From Azolla caroliniana (lineage: Eukaryota; Plantae; Polypodiophyta): a stretch of DNA of 64,000 nt. Under the pieces are notes generated by a model that ran no database searches, was not told where the DNA came from, and saw only the letters and a program-made list of their open reading frames with translations. The stretch spans positions 18,352,001 to 18,416,000 of the forward strand of contig JBHGNT010000010.1 of NCBI GenBank assembly GCA_043228905.1, given 5' to 3'. Positions within the stretch are counted from its first letter, which is position 1. Each line of letters begins with the position of its first letter. Shown here piece by piece: positions 41,310-54,374 of this stretch. The translations under genes were made by a program, and so were the position numbers.

Positions 41310-42369
41310 TGCAACACCGACTCAACACACGCCTCTTATATATAGAAAAATGGGAGAACGAAAATCACACGACACTGACAGGGACACGGTTTATGCACAA
41401 CTACATATAAATGTATATACAAACAAAAAATTACAACGCTAGTTTCAAGCCGGTCCAATACTGAACAGATACATCAGCTGTCTATAGGTAAGCTCTAGTC
41501 GAGGAGCACTCGGGGTCACCTACGCGAGTGGAAGCCTTGTGCTGAAGACGAGCTTTCTTACCGAAGCACAACAACTGTTTGCTGCCAAGCCGCCAATCGG
41601 GGAGCACTCAAGCTCGCCTACATGAGTGGGGTCTTGCACAGGAGACAGAGCTACCAACGGAAACCCTCAGAGTATAGAAGCTCTAAACCAGACTAAACCC
41701 TAACCAAGAAGAGAGATAAGAACTAAGAGAAGACCTAAACCTCCACTCCAAGAAGAACACCCAAGAGAAAGAAGAAGAAGAAGGAAGCTACCAAACCCTA
41801 GATCTAAGTGGTATACCCTCCTAACTCAAAATTGGCAACCTCTCATAAGAGCCCCTTCCTCTCGTTTTATAGTCCAAGGAGGGAAGGATGTTACAATGTG
41901 GGATAAATATCCCCTTGTTATTTTATACACATTTTCGAATGTACATGTGCACATGGTGCACATTGCCGACTTTGCCCATTCCACCCGGTTTTCTCACTAT
42001 GGTTGGGGATCTTCACGATACCGAGAATCTTCATGTCATGTAGAGCATCTTTCTCAAAATCATCCAATGAACTCTTATATACAAATTGATACAAAGGATC
42101 CTTGGGCTCTAATATACACACATACAATTGTGCATCGACATTTCAATCATAAGCATAAAGATGATTAACATACATTAAATTGTTTATATGTAGTCCCATA
42201 CATTAAGTTGTTATTTCCTTCAAAAGAAATAGTATGATTCAAATAATCTATATCAAGACTATGTCTATTATAAAACCATATGTAACCAATAATTACATCT
42301 ACCGTTCGTAAACAAATTACATGAAAAATCAACTTTTCAATGTATTTATTTATTATTAGGGGTACACCA
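41310..42369 (-). mobile_element. Probable additional degenerate solo LTR
   Basis: TGCAACACC...GGGGTACACCA ends; minus-strand TATA near 41865; not part of element A coding sequence. Confidence 0.45.
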
Positions 42370-42868
42370 TGTGCAATTAATGAATGCCTTTGGACATGGC
42401 CTCCCGCAGTAAGGGCTTTGTAGTCGTGGTCACTTTTGGTTGTTTTTATTCATGAAAATTATGAGTGCTACCATAGTCAAATAATATAGTTACACTTTGA
42501 TTGTGAATAGTCTCATAAGTTTTAAGTAAATCGTGTGGTTCAAGAATATTTTTAAATAACTCAAGAGCATACTTGGATTATTGGAAATTGATGGCTTTCT
42601 TTGCAGATTGTTGGAGTTACTGCTCTCCTTTCTCGGACTACACTTGTTGGTTTTATGCCCAAGCTTCTTGCAAAAGTTGCAGATTATTACCCACCTTTTT
42701 GCATTGTCGTCTTGACCTATCGAGAAAGGTTGGTATCGATGTTTACTGCTTTCTCCTTCTGACGCTTTTGGTTGGTAACGAGCTTTTGTGTTAAGTAGAA
42801 TGCGGGCATGTTCCATCGTTTCTCCTAAAGTCTTGGGTTGATGAGCGTGGATCTCATAATGAAAAATT

Positions 42869-43317
42869 TGTTGAGAGATCAAGCTCAACTTAGTTTAGTT
42901 AGTTAGTCAACTATGTAACTTCGTAGTTACCTAGATAGAATCTAGTTCGAAGTGTTGACTATAACACCTTAAATAGGACCTTGTACTTAAGTAAGATATT
43001 CTAGATTCTCCACTCCCAAGTACATTTAATATAGGACTTACACCTTTGTACCTATATTATCCTCACACATGTGCACCCTTGCACATGAGATCTATATATA
43101 CCTCATTGTAGATATTTTTGTATTTGATGATGTTAATGCTAAGTTAATATATAGTTACTCATCCCCCATCTTGTGTTGTTCATAAGTGTATCTTCCTCTC
43201 TCTCTCTTCCTCTCACACACACACACACACTCATATCGCTTAAATTTCCGCTTATCAACTAATCACATAATTAGGTACTAATTAACCCTTGCTTAATTAC
43301 TTAGCTAATTCTTAAGA
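42869..43317 (+). mobile_element. Copia solo LTR (same family as 4483-4915) inserted in gag of element A
   Basis: High similarity to 4483-4915; TSD aaatt/aaatc. Confidence 0.85.
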
Positions 43318-45435
43318 AAATCTTTATTATGGAAACTATTAATATATAATCCTATCAACATTTCCTCATTAGAAGTCGATAAAAGTCCATGCTTTGTTAC
43401 CAAGTCGCAGAAATAGTGATTGAATTGGTCAATAATCCTACCCTTATCAAACAAGTGACACTTATCTTGTATCACTTGAGAAGTCGTCTTGGGATGGACA
43501 AATTCCATCCTGAGAGTCTTTTCAAATGCCTCCCACGTTCCCGGTTTTCTATACAACCGCTCCCACTAAGAGTTTGCGGCACCGATCATCTCACGAACCG
43601 CCATATCGATCTTTTCAGAGTCATTCTGAATATTCTCGAGGCGAAAGTGAGCATTCCATCGGTTTATCCAATTGATCACAAACTCGTGGTTGCGTTGCTT
43701 ATCCCTTCCCGGGAACCGTTGAGGAGTAAATGAAGGTTTCTTTGTATTGCTTAATGTGGAAGTATGTGCTTTTAACTCCAAAATTTGTTGTTGAAGGTTT
43801 TGAAACTGATGCCTATTGGCATCAAGAAGCCCTTCAAGTTTGGAGGAGAACGCAGTTGTGACCATTGTCATTGTCTTGACAATATCGTATTGCGTTTTAC
43901 GGAAATTATCCCTCGTGACGAATTCGATATCATTGTTAATATCCTCGTCACAGACTGGAGATATTGGTCGGTCGTCCTCATCTCACATAGGAAAAATTGG
44001 ATGACCTTGATGGGCGGGAGATGTGGGATGCGTCGAAAAACTTCAATGGTTGGGAGATGTGTGATGTGTGGAATTGCGAGAGGAGGAAGCCATATGAACT
44101 CAAACAAAGAAAGCTAAGAGAGTAAAGGAAGAAATTTACTAAGGTCTAAAGTACTAACTTAGTGTGTTATATAAGACTTTAGAATTTGGATGAGGGAGTG
44201 AAGTGTGATATATTATCATGAGAGAGAATACTTATATACCCTTTTTTCCATTCAAGTCGGGGAGGATAAAAGATCCCCCTATGATATATCCAATTTAGGA
44301 ATTTATCCCCTTTTTATCTATTTGGATTCCTAGATTAGACATTAGGAAATAATACCTCCCTTTTTAGGAAGTTGTTCACCAGCTCTCTAAGGATAATCCC
44401 TTAAATTCTTCCAAACTAGGAAATTCTCCCTTTTTAGTTAACGAGAATGCCTAGTTTAGAATTTAGGACTCAACATCCCCCTTTTTGGAAGTTAGTGGGG
44501 ATAGTTTGTGATTTTCTTGAGAATCACTACTAACAAACTGGGGCGATGATCAAAACATCCCTTCAATCATCATCCCCATATTCTTCCCATCCATCTCACA
44601 CTCATGCTTCTCTCTCAAAAAACTAATTTTTTCCCTTATCTCTCTCCTTTGCATCGATTAATAATTGATGATAATCTTATCCATATAACCATAATAATCA
44701 TCCCTATAATAATCTTTATAATCATCTGTATAATTAAAACACACCTGTGATGATGGATGATTGTGGCCCTTTGATATAATCATAGGGTTGATGATTAGTT
44801 GATTATTGACATCCAACGATCATCGCCCTAATTCTATTGGTCAACTGTATTAACATTGATTGTCAATGATCATTCTCTAATTATATCATGATCATCAATT
44901 AATCCATGTCAATTTGAAAATTAGATGATCAAGCATCACCTATAGTATATTAGGTGGCCGACCTCTCCACACGTTGTCATGAAGATCCATCACTACGCGC
45001 AGATCGTGAGGCGAAACCGTCGGGGTTCTGGACCGAAAGGATTCAAAGTCGGTACAAGCTTTGGCGTAAGCTTTAGCGAGAAAGTACTTAAGATAGATTG
45101 GGAAAGAGAGAAGTTGAGATCACACGATTGAGAGAGATTGATTGAAGTTTTAACTTTAGATTTAAGAAACAAGTTACACGATCAATTTGATAACGAATTT
45201 CTTCCTCTTAATTTTCATAAAAAAAAACCGTGTTTTTTCTCCTCCCCCTTCCTTCTTTTATAGATGCTCTCATGCATATGATGTATGTGAGGGTACAAGA
45301 CATGCATAAATTGCATGTTTGCCATTTGGCGCTTATGTATTACATGTGGTGCATGATAACCATGTCACTCATTTTAGCTCTCACGTATGAGAATTTACAT
45401 GTAAAAGTACAATGATAAAAATAAAATTTCAACTA

Positions 45436-45508
45436 AATAACATGGCTTAATGGAAAGCCAATTGACTCATAATTCGGAGGTGCAAGGTTCGAATCCTTAC
45501 TTCCCCTC
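45436..45508 (+). ncRNA. tRNA(CAU)-like cassette in the 3' LTR U3 of element C
   Basis: TGGCTTAATGG A box, CTCATAA anticodon loop, AGGTG variable loop, AAGG-TTCGAAT-CCTT T arm. Confidence 0.75.
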
Positions 45509-46152
45509 CTTGTATATGTATATTTGTATATTTATTTATATAGTCGCCGGATGCCGTCGGTTACCGGTGCCTCGCCGGATGCCGTCACCGGATGTCGTCG
45601 GATACCGGTGCCTCGCCGGATGCCGTCGGTTGCCGTCACCGGATGTCGTCGGATACCGGTGCCTCACCGGATGCCGTCGGTTCACCGTCTCCATCGTCGG
45701 TCCGGTTTTGGTTGGCCAAAACCCTTTACGAGTAGCTAGCCCACCTCCACTCTTAGTTCAAGTTACCTTGAACTCTCTATGCTCCATACATAGACACAAA
45801 GATAATATCTTTTGCTCCACCTTATATATGATGAGAGCCGTATTTGTCGTGCCTATGTGGGATATCTCACAATTTTCTCTTTTCTTTTCACAAACTTTAT
45901 ACCCTCATATGTTGACATTTAGTTGTCCATTTCTCGTGTAATAAAGTGCATTCGAAACCTCCATCATTTTGTACTTAGATATTAAAAATGTTATCTTCAC
46001 AATTATTGTATTATGTGATTCATACTCGATTTCGTATGTTTTATGGGATTTTCACATTGTTGCCGAAAATCTTCACGACATCCACCCCCACCAAACCGCA
46101 CGTCCTCCGATACGTGCCAAGAAGAGAGAAAGTGAGATTTCGGCTACGATGA

Positions 46153-49090
46153 TCAATTAGATTCCTCCACGTCTTCATTTTCATCCGGCCTATTATGTTC
46201 ATTGTCGAGGTAATCGAGGTCAGAATCCTTGTCTTGTCTTTTCTTGAAAATCTTTACTCTTTTTCCCGCAATGGGTACGGCCAACCTTGATCCGTCTAGT
46301 TCCGCAAGGTGGTATGTGGCATTATCGTTGGCACTTGTCACCACATACGGCCCGAACCATCTTCTTGCAAACTTCCTTGTTGTATTGTGTTGATTGTCAA
46401 GGGTGCTGTCGTAAACCAAAACCCAATCCCCTTCTTCAATCTTCTTGGGACGAAGTCGATGCGTGTTGTCGAACCGAACTTTGTTCTTTACTCGGGCTGC
46501 CTTCATCATCTTTCGCGCTTTTTCTAAATCTTCAGGTCTTCTTTCAAGTTGCCTTATCCGCGCTGCTAATAACTCTTCTCGGCTCATCTCGTTCTCCCAC
46601 GGTATCGCTACCCATGAGGCGATCGTCCTTTCGATGGGCATAATCGGCTTTTGTCCATACATAAGCTCCGTCGGCATATACTTGGCAAGTTTCGCATGTG
46701 GACACGAAATGGAGTACATCTTTGTACATGCTTGGCCACCAGTACTTCTCCTTCAACTTTTCGAACGTCGCCCATGTTCCTCTATGACCTGCCCAAGCAC
46801 TCTCGTGGAATTCGGTCATCAGTGTCTCTTGCTCTTCTTTCTTTACCACCACTCGACGTGGTATTCCTGTCCTTCTTTTTGGATGTCGCCAAAGGAATCC
46901 TCCCTTCAAGAAGTATCGGTAAGCTTTCTTTTGGATTCGTAGGGCCTCCTCCTTTGTCAACGAAGCATCTGCCGTCAATGTTCTTAGGAATCTACCAATG
47001 AGTAACCACTCTCCTTCGTACTCGTTCTCGTTGAATGCGTGGAGGGTTTGCGTGTCCTGGTCTTCCGCTGACAATCGAGCCATCTTGAAGAAGTCGAGGG
47101 CGACATCTTCATCTTCTAAAACCATGTTACTTCCATTTGAAAATCTTGCCCTCGACAGCATGTCAACCATGGCGTTCTTCTTCCCTGCAATGTGACGGAT
47201 CTCTGGGTTTAAAGACTTGATGTAGGCGATCCACCTTAGCATAGCAAGATCTGGGGTCGCACATCCCGAGACCATTCCGAGAATTGGGAGACAATCTGTC
47301 TCTATTATCACTTCTGACCCGATCAGGTAATCTTTGTCCGTCTTCACTGCTGACACAATACCCCAAAGTTCCCGCTTGACTTGGGCATATCTTTGTTGTC
47401 GTTCACTGAGAACCTTTGCTCCGAACCGGACGGCATATCGCGTATTATCTTCACCTTCTTGGTTGATGACCCACCCGATTCCGGTTGGACTCGTATCTAC
47501 GGTCACGTAAATTGGTTTCCCTTCGGCATAGTCGGCTTTCCTTAGTGCCGGAGCTTCAAGAAGCAGTTTCTTTAATCTTCGCATCGCCTTTGTGTGCTCG
47601 TCTCGCCATTCGAACTTTATTCTTTTCTTTAGTAGTCCATATAACGGTTCGGCGACATGAGCGTAGTGAGGAATCCATATATGATAAAATGCGCACGCTC
47701 CAAGGAACCTTCGAACCTCCGTTTGGTTTTCGCATTCTTCTTTCATGTCTTGGATTGCGTTCACTTTGGATGGCGAGGGCTTCCGGCCATATGCTCCACA
47801 CAAGTGACCTACCACCAAGATCTCCGGTTGCCCGAATGCGGATTTTTCTCCCGAAAATGTCAAATTCGCATCTTCGAGCCTTTGAAGCACCTTCTCGCAA
47901 TCTTTCATATGATCCGCAACGAACTTTCTACAACCTTCCTTATCTTTCGATTCATCTTTCTCCTCATCCGAACATCCTTTTATCGGAATATCATCCAAGA
48001 ATGGCATCGTGATGTCCGGAATGCAATCCTTCAAGACTTTATTCATGGCATTCACCATATGAGCCACTGAGTTCGTTGCGCCTTGGGGTAAGGTACACAT
48101 CTGCACAAGCCCGATCGGAGTCCTCATGGTTGTAATGTCCCGATTGTCGATCGCCAATTGGAATTGGTCATATCTAGAGTAGAGATCGCCAATGGAGTAG
48201 ATGGACCGGCCCGCAAACACTTCGGCAAATTCGTCCCCGCTCGGACCGATTCCGGCATTTCGAATTGTCACCTTGTTGACGGGTTGAAGATCCTGGATGA
48301 ATTGCAATGATCCATTCTTCTTCGGCACCGTGAACCACCTATTGGAATAAGGAGCATTCGACGGTTCTAGAATTCCCATACTCACCTTCTCCTTTAAGAG
48401 CTCGATCAGCTTCGGAAGGTGTGCTCTTGGAACCGGTATCGGTTTCAAATTCCAAGGCACATGAGGCACCGTGAAGATCACCATCAGCTCTATAACCTTT
48501 GGGTCGGCGCATCCGATTTCTCGTGGGAAGAATGCGAAAGCCTTCCCATGTCTCTCAAGCATATCACGAAACATTCGCTCCTCTTCAGGGAGAAGGAAAT
48601 CCTCCTTTCCAACTCGTAGCTTCCCGTTCGTCTCTTTGGTGAAGTCATGACCTATCTTCTTCGGATCTCTTAAGCTTGGATCGTTAGCGACTTCCTTCAT
48701 CTTTTGCCAGCTATCTTCCGGTAGTGGAACCGCAACTGACTTGATCTTCTTATCCACCGTTTTATATTTCGTGTTGATGTCAGCTTCCTTCATCGAGATG
48801 CCACGACAGTATTCATCGATGATAGCGTACATGTTGACGGAGTTAACCGAAATCACGCGTTGGTTGTGAAGATAGCTCAAGTCCACGACGTCCTCGATTT
48901 CGCCGATGGTGTCGTTAAATGAGGCTTCTTCCATAATATGAGTCATGAACTCTCCTTCTTCTATTATATTTTCTTCTTTCAGCATCTTCTCGAATTCTCG
49001 TATCCGGCACTTGTGCTTCTTGTCGGGTAGTACTAGTTTACATGCGCCACTAGGTTTGACACATGTTGCTTCTCCTCGCAATCCACACAC
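46153..49090 (-). pseudogene. Element C pol (RT-RNase H-integrase with the catalytic core deleted)
   Basis: LPQGATNSV, FLDD, VTVDTSPTG; the HHCC zinc domain CETCQVY joins directly to the INT C-terminus YMPTELMYGQ. Confidence 0.88.
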
Positions 49091-49155
49091 TCTTCTTTCT
49101 TGTGGGGTCTTGTGATTGCTCGGACTATTTGTGCCCCATGCTTCAATAGTCCGCT

Positions 49156-51354
49156 CTAAAAATCCGAGGATTCACCTCCGAGACTATCTCGATTCCTTTC
49201 ATGATTGGCTCGCACCGTTAGGAATTGGACCGATCTTTGGTTGTCAAGACTCTTTATTCGTGCGAAGGCTGCTCCATTATCGAACACTTTGGTCTCCATC
49301 CGAGATGATGTGATATAAGGTTGCCCTAGGATGACAGGATGCGACGCCGATTCTTGTACGAAGAAGTGTTGATCCATCTCCACATCCCCGATCGTGACTT
49401 TGACATTGGGACAAGCTCCATACAAATCCTCCGTAGACTTTGTTGCCGCGCGAATCTTCCATCCGTGGTTTGTATTGATTGGCCATCTTCCTTTTTTGTA
49501 GAAGTCGGTTGACATGAGGTTGATCTCTGAGCCGTGGTTGATCAAGGCTACCACGGTCTCTTTCTTCTCCCCGATCTTCACCGGCGTCTCCGTTGTCGCT
49601 CGTGCCCAATGAGGTCGAGTGTAGTGGCTGTCCACCATATCTTCATCGATTTCGTCTCTTGCCATCGTTATGGCATTCATTTTTGCTTTTTGCGGCTTCT
49701 CTTCTTCCTCGCCCGATTGTTGTCTCTTTCTCTTTACAAGGTCCACGATCGTGTCATGGAACTCCTTCTTCGTAATGCCAAGCAATTCCCTCAAGGACAA
49801 AGTTACGTGGCTATCAAGAACTCGTTCTTCGAGAATCTTCTTTAGGTCCGTCGTCTGCTCTATGTCCGACCTTAGCTTATAGGTAGGTATAGTCCTTGTC
49901 CTTCGAGCGGGGTCTTCGACACCAACCTTCACGGGCCGAACCGTTTCTTCAACTTGTATGCTTGGCTCCCCTTTTCGGCTTGATTCTCGTTCCTCCGTTT
50001 GTAAAGGTCGACTCGTCTCCGTATCGTCCTTCTTTTTCGCGTTCCTTGTTTCATGTCTTTTTGATGGCCCTTGCTCTTCTATTCTCTTTCTCTTTTCTTC
50101 GACGAACACCTCGTGGTTGTCGCACATCACCTCTGCGAGTATGGTGTTGTCGTCCACCGGATCCGACCACCCAGTTATGCTTTGCACGCTTCGGTCCGCA
50201 AGCTCTACCTCGTTCGATGTGATTTTTCCCTTCTTCTCATATTCGAGAACGGAAGTCCAAAACTTTGCTCCCGCTCTAGCAACTTCAGTCTTGTCTTTCC
50301 CGACTCTTATTCCGGCCGACGCAGCATAGTGCATCGCATCCACATGAGTCGCATCGGCATCCTCCATAGATTTCTTCATTCCTCCTCTTCCGAAATTCAC
50401 CCGTAGGGGTCTTCTAGTCTCGCTTGAGCAGATCATGTTGTCCTCTATGTATACAATATTTTGTCGAATCGCCTCTCGAAGGCTCGCACAATCCCTTCTC
50501 ATGTGGTCCATGCTATCGCACCACACGCATCTAAAGGGTTCTTTTCCCTTAGGGCCCCGACGATTCATGTTGGCTAGTGTGACCTTCTCGAACTTCTTCG
50601 CTAGCTCTTCAATGATGTCGTCATCAATCTTCTTTTCTTCCACGTTACTTTGTCTTGGCGGCTCAACTACTTTCGGCGGTCTTGCTTTCTCCGTGGTAGT
50701 CGGTCCTGTCAAGTTGGTGTCATCAACCCATTGGCGACGCTTGTTGAGCCTATTGCATGCCCGCTTCACCGCGATCCAGTCCGCTACGAGCCCATTTGCT
50801 TGGGTATCATCTTTGAGAAGAGTCCCCAACTCCCGTCTATCCTTTATGTCCACGGCCTTCAAGAAGTACAAAGTCTTGTCCTCTTCAAGCAACACTTGGT
50901 CCGTATTGGGGAGACGACTAAACATCTGGTCGAATTCGTCGTACACCCTCGAGACGCTCATCTTCTTATTCTTCTTCTCAATCCACTTCATCAGGGCATG
51001 TCGAGTCATCCTCGTTGAGTCTTCAGTCACGAACTCCGCTAGTATCGTTTTCTCGAACTCGGACCATGTTGTCTTACCTTCTTGAAGCTCGATGACGCGT
51101 CTTTGGATGTTGTTGGCGACAACTCTCTTGAAGCTTGCGATTTGACGTGCCTCGGACACGTCCCTTTGATTCATCTCCCTTCTATATGCATCAAGGAACT
51201 TCGTAACGTTCCTTCCATCGAATTGGCCCTCGAGCTCTACGACACGATTGACAACCTTCTCCACGCTCACGTCGTTGTCCCGAGATCTCATCATTTGCTC
51301 GATGATTAGCATCATCCTTTCGAGCTCTCCCGCTTGGTTGCTTGAGGACGCCAT
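49156..51354 (-). CDS. Element C gag-protease (active-site D appears replaced by N)
   Basis: Open 730-aa frame; CVWCDSMDHMRRDC knuckle; ALINHGSEINLM; VILGQPY. Confidence 0.85.
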   Translation of the reverse strand: MASSSNQAGELERMMLIIEQMMRSRDNDVSVEKVVNRVVELEGQFDGRNVTKFLDAYRREMNQRDVSEARQIASFKRVVANNIQRRVIELQEGKTTWSEFEKTILAEFVTEDSTRMTRHALMKWIEKKNKKMSVSRVYDEFDQMFSRLPNTDQVLLEEDKTLYFLKAVDIKDRRELGTLLKDDTQANGLVADWIAVKRACNRLNKRRQWVDDTNLTGPTTTEKARPPKVVEPPRQSNVEEKKIDDDIIEELAKKFEKVTLANMNRRGPKGKEPFRCVWCDSMDHMRRDCASLREAIRQNIVYIEDNMICSSETRRPLRVNFGRGGMKKSMEDADATHVDAMHYAASAGIRVGKDKTEVARAGAKFWTSVLEYEKKGKITSNEVELADRSVQSITGWSDPVDDNTILAEVMCDNHEVFVEEKRKRIEEQGPSKRHETRNAKKKDDTETSRPLQTEERESSRKGEPSIQVEETVRPVKVGVEDPARRTRTIPTYKLRSDIEQTTDLKKILEERVLDSHVTLSLRELLGITKKEFHDTIVDLVKRKRQQSGEEEEKPQKAKMNAITMARDEIDEDMVDSHYTRPHWARATTETPVKIGEKKETVVALINHGSEINLMSTDFYKKGRWPINTNHGWKIRAATKSTEDLYGACPNVKVTIGDVEMDQHFFVQESASHPVILGQPYITSSRMETKVFDNGAAFARIKSLDNQRSVQFLTVRANHERNRDSLGGESSDF

Positions 51355-51882
51355 CTCCAAGTATTAATCTCGAATTGATCCTTCCTACCGCCTCTTTCAC
51401 GTCAGGTTCACCACTTAATTATGTCGTGAAGATCCGTCACTACGCGCGGATTGTGAGGCAGAACCGCCGGGGTTCTGGACCGGAAGGATTCAAAGTCGGT
51501 ACAAGCTTTGGCGTAAGCTTTAGCGAGAAAGTACTTAAGATAGATTGGGAAAGAGAGAAGTTGAGATCACACGATTGAGAGAGATTGATTGAAGTTTTAA
51601 CTTTAGATTTAAGAAACAAGTTACACGATCAATTTGATAACGAATTTCTTCCTCTTAATTTTCATAAAAAAAACCCGTGTTTTTTCTCCTCCCCCTTCCT
51701 TCTTTTATAGATGCTCTCATGCATATGATGTATGTGAGGGTACAAGACATGCATAAATTGCATGTTTGCCATTTGGCGCTTATGTATTACATGTGGTGCA
51801 TGATAACCATGTCACTCATTTTAGCTCTCACGTATGAGAATTTACATGTAAAAGTACAATGATAAAAATAAAATTTCAACTA

Positions 51883-51955
51883 AATAGCATGGCTTAATGG
51901 TAAGCCAATTGACTCATAACTCGGAGGTGCAAGGTTCGAATCCTTATTTCCCCTC
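51883..51955 (+). ncRNA. tRNA(CAU)-like cassette in the 5' LTR U3 of element C
   Basis: T8=51890, anticodon CAT=51915-51917, T54=51935, i.e. exact tRNA register; consensus B box GGTTCGAATCC; acceptor stem unpaired. Confidence 0.75.
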
Positions 51956-52489
51956 CTTGTATATGTATATTTGTATATATATTTATATATTTATTTATAT
52001 AGTCGCTGGATGCCGTCGCTGGATGCCGTCGGTTACCGGTGCCTCGCCGGATGCCGTCGGTTCATCGTCTCCATTGCCGGTCCGGTTTTGGTTGGCCAAA
52101 ACCCTTTACGAGTAGCTAGCCCACCTCCACTCTTAAGTTCAAGTTACCTTGAACTCTCTATGCTCCACACATAGACACAAATATAATATCTTTTGCTCCA
52201 CCTTATATATGATGAGAGCCGTATTTGTCGTGCCTATGTGGGATATCTCACAATTTTCTCTTTTCTTTTCACAAACTTTATACCCTCATATGTTGACATT
52301 TAGTTGTCCATTTCTCGTGTAATAAAGTGCATTCGAAACCTCCATCATTTTGTACTTAGATATTAAAAATGTTATCTTCACAATTATTGTATTATGTGAT
52401 TCATACTCGATTTCGTACGTTTTATGGGATTTTCACATTGTTGCCGAAAATCTTCACGACAACGTAAGACCACCTCTACGACATGGCCA

Positions 52490-53530
52490 TCTTTTTTTCT
52501 TTTTAAAAAATTTTCTTCAATAGTATTAAGAACAAAATGCCCGAAGGGTACAACTTGAACCTAGCTACCAAGGAGGTTACAACTTTTCCTATGCAATGCT
52601 GTAAAATACAAGGATGTTTACATTTGTTAATATTCAAGAAAGAGTCCATGGAAGTCGATATTGCCATTGAGGCTCTTGAGTTGACATTGTAAACAGGGGC
52701 ACCTTTTTCCATAAGTGAAGAAGCTTTTTCCTTTTCTTGTTCACAGTATCTGGGGAACCCTACATATTGTCATATTGGGCACAGACTACTGCCAACAAGT
52801 TCTCTCATATCTCAAACAACACATCTGAGAGATGAATGTCTACCCCATCATAAAGTCGGTTATATCAATATTTCCATAATGCCCATAATGTTATTGTGGT
52901 CATAGTTTTCCAAATTTGGACAGATTGCACCCTTGCGAGGTTGCTGGAAGGAACTAACTAATATCAATATTCTATTATGTATTGTCATTGCCTCGTGAAC
53001 ATAATTTGCCTCATACAACATCAAGCAAGAATGTAATACTCCCCACATCGTTGATCCCCATGAGAATAGACAACCTACATTGATTGTTAGGAATAAAGAC
53101 ATGACTTTCTTCCATACTTGTTGAGCAAAAGAACAAGACCATAGGACATGCTTGGTAGTCTCCTGAGGTTCATGGCAAACGCCACATTTCTGCAAATTGG
53201 GTGCTACATTCCCTTTGAATGAATGACCAACGGGTAGTGCCATATGCACTAATAACCATCGAAAGCGAATAAATTTAGTTGGCCCCTTGAATGACCATAT
53301 CCATTTCCAATAGGTTCTCAAATGCAAAGTGGAAACACCCCAATTGGTCCAATGTTTTTGAGCTGCTGGTATCATTACATTCTGAGAGAGCAGTAATGAT
53401 CTTCCAAGTTTTACTGAGTACTGAAAGAAGGGGACCTTTACGATCTTTTCCCCCAACGAGTATGACCAAAGCCAACCCCCCGGATCCCATATTAATCTTG
53501 CAATAGGATCTATCTTGATCAAGAGGGGTA
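52490..53530 (-). mobile_element. 5'-truncated L1-clade LINE (zf-RVT C-terminus)
   Basis: KFIRFRWLLVHMALPV...CGVCHEPQETTKHVLWSCSFAQQVW; T-rich tail at ~52490-52503. Confidence 0.75.
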
Positions 53531-54374
53531 TACGAAAATAAAATAAAAAAATATTTATGGCACTTTTATTTTAATTATTAAATATATATTAAATATCTAA
53601 ACGTAAAACAAATATATAATAATAATAACAATAATTTTATAGAACTTTTTTTTTAACTCGATTTTTTTGTGCATTAGTGGATCAAACTCAAAGCCTTTTT
53701 TTAAGGTTATAACAAGAATATACTAACCAACCCATCACACAAATCTTGTTGTGATAGGGTCCATGTCAAAACCTTAATATATTTATTATACATAACCCCA
53801 TACAATACACCACACATGAACACATCACCCCAAATGGAATCTCCATGGCATTTTCGACACTCCCCCTTCCATCATTTAATATACATTAGTCCATAAAATA
53901 TATCATATTTTACCGTACTAAAGCACAAAACACGAATCCAATCAAACATTATTTTTTAGGATTAAAACGTGATACCATATGTAATAACCAAGATTATTAA
54001 TCCTAAAATAAAGACATAAAGTGACACAATCATACTAAAAATACGCGTTACCACCCATCCACGCCCGTGCCAGAGTCGATAACGCAGACGAGGAATCCTG
54101 ATCTATCCCATACCAGCCAGGATTTGCACGTCATGACCTTGGTAGATGACTAGTCCACATCAAAGAGAGCTTCGTCAGAACCACTCATGGTCCCCCCTTG
54201 ACATAGGAGCATATCCCCTATTTATAGGACCTAGGCCATGTAATGACATCTACCTGACCAATCATGTGTGGGGAACCCAATGACACACATTAGGTCAATC
54301 CAATAAAGTCGACGACTAAGATATTACTATATGATAGCCCCCAAATAAGCACGTCTAAACCAATGAACATTACA

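Larger units (their letters stand above)
44975..52461 (-). mobile_element. Ty3/gypsy non-chromovirus element C (LPQGATNS-type RT, tRNA-Trp PBS)
   Basis: LTRs 44975-46080 and 51422-52461; 4-bp TSD ACGT; PPT ggtgggggtgga; PBS TGGTGAACCTGACGTGAA at 51396-51413. Confidence 0.92.
27748..54374 (-). mobile_element. Old Ty3/gypsy element A (tRNA-Met PBS), heavily nested
   Basis: 5' LTR 53980-54374 next to PBS TGGTATCA; 3' LTR 27748-27910 plus 37996-38040 (truncated). Decayed gag ~42490-44093, protease ~42480, RT/RH/INT 38040-40300. Splits the Copia at SKKQ|QLTIA with a degenerate TSD. Confidence 0.8.

Noticed and set aside
50071-51085. Long antisense ORFs over gag genes (also 30456-31199)
   Set aside because: Shadow frames of the sense coding sequence; no env-like or other domain evident.
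45436-51955. Calling the LTR cassettes functional tRNA genes
   Set aside because: Acceptor stems do not pair and anticodon stems are weak; reported as tRNA-derived only.
53665-53745. tRNA-like motif on the minus strand in the leader of element A (similar weak one at 56590-56650 in B)
   Set aside because: Boxes are degenerate and the spacing is off-register; not counted in the LTR pattern.
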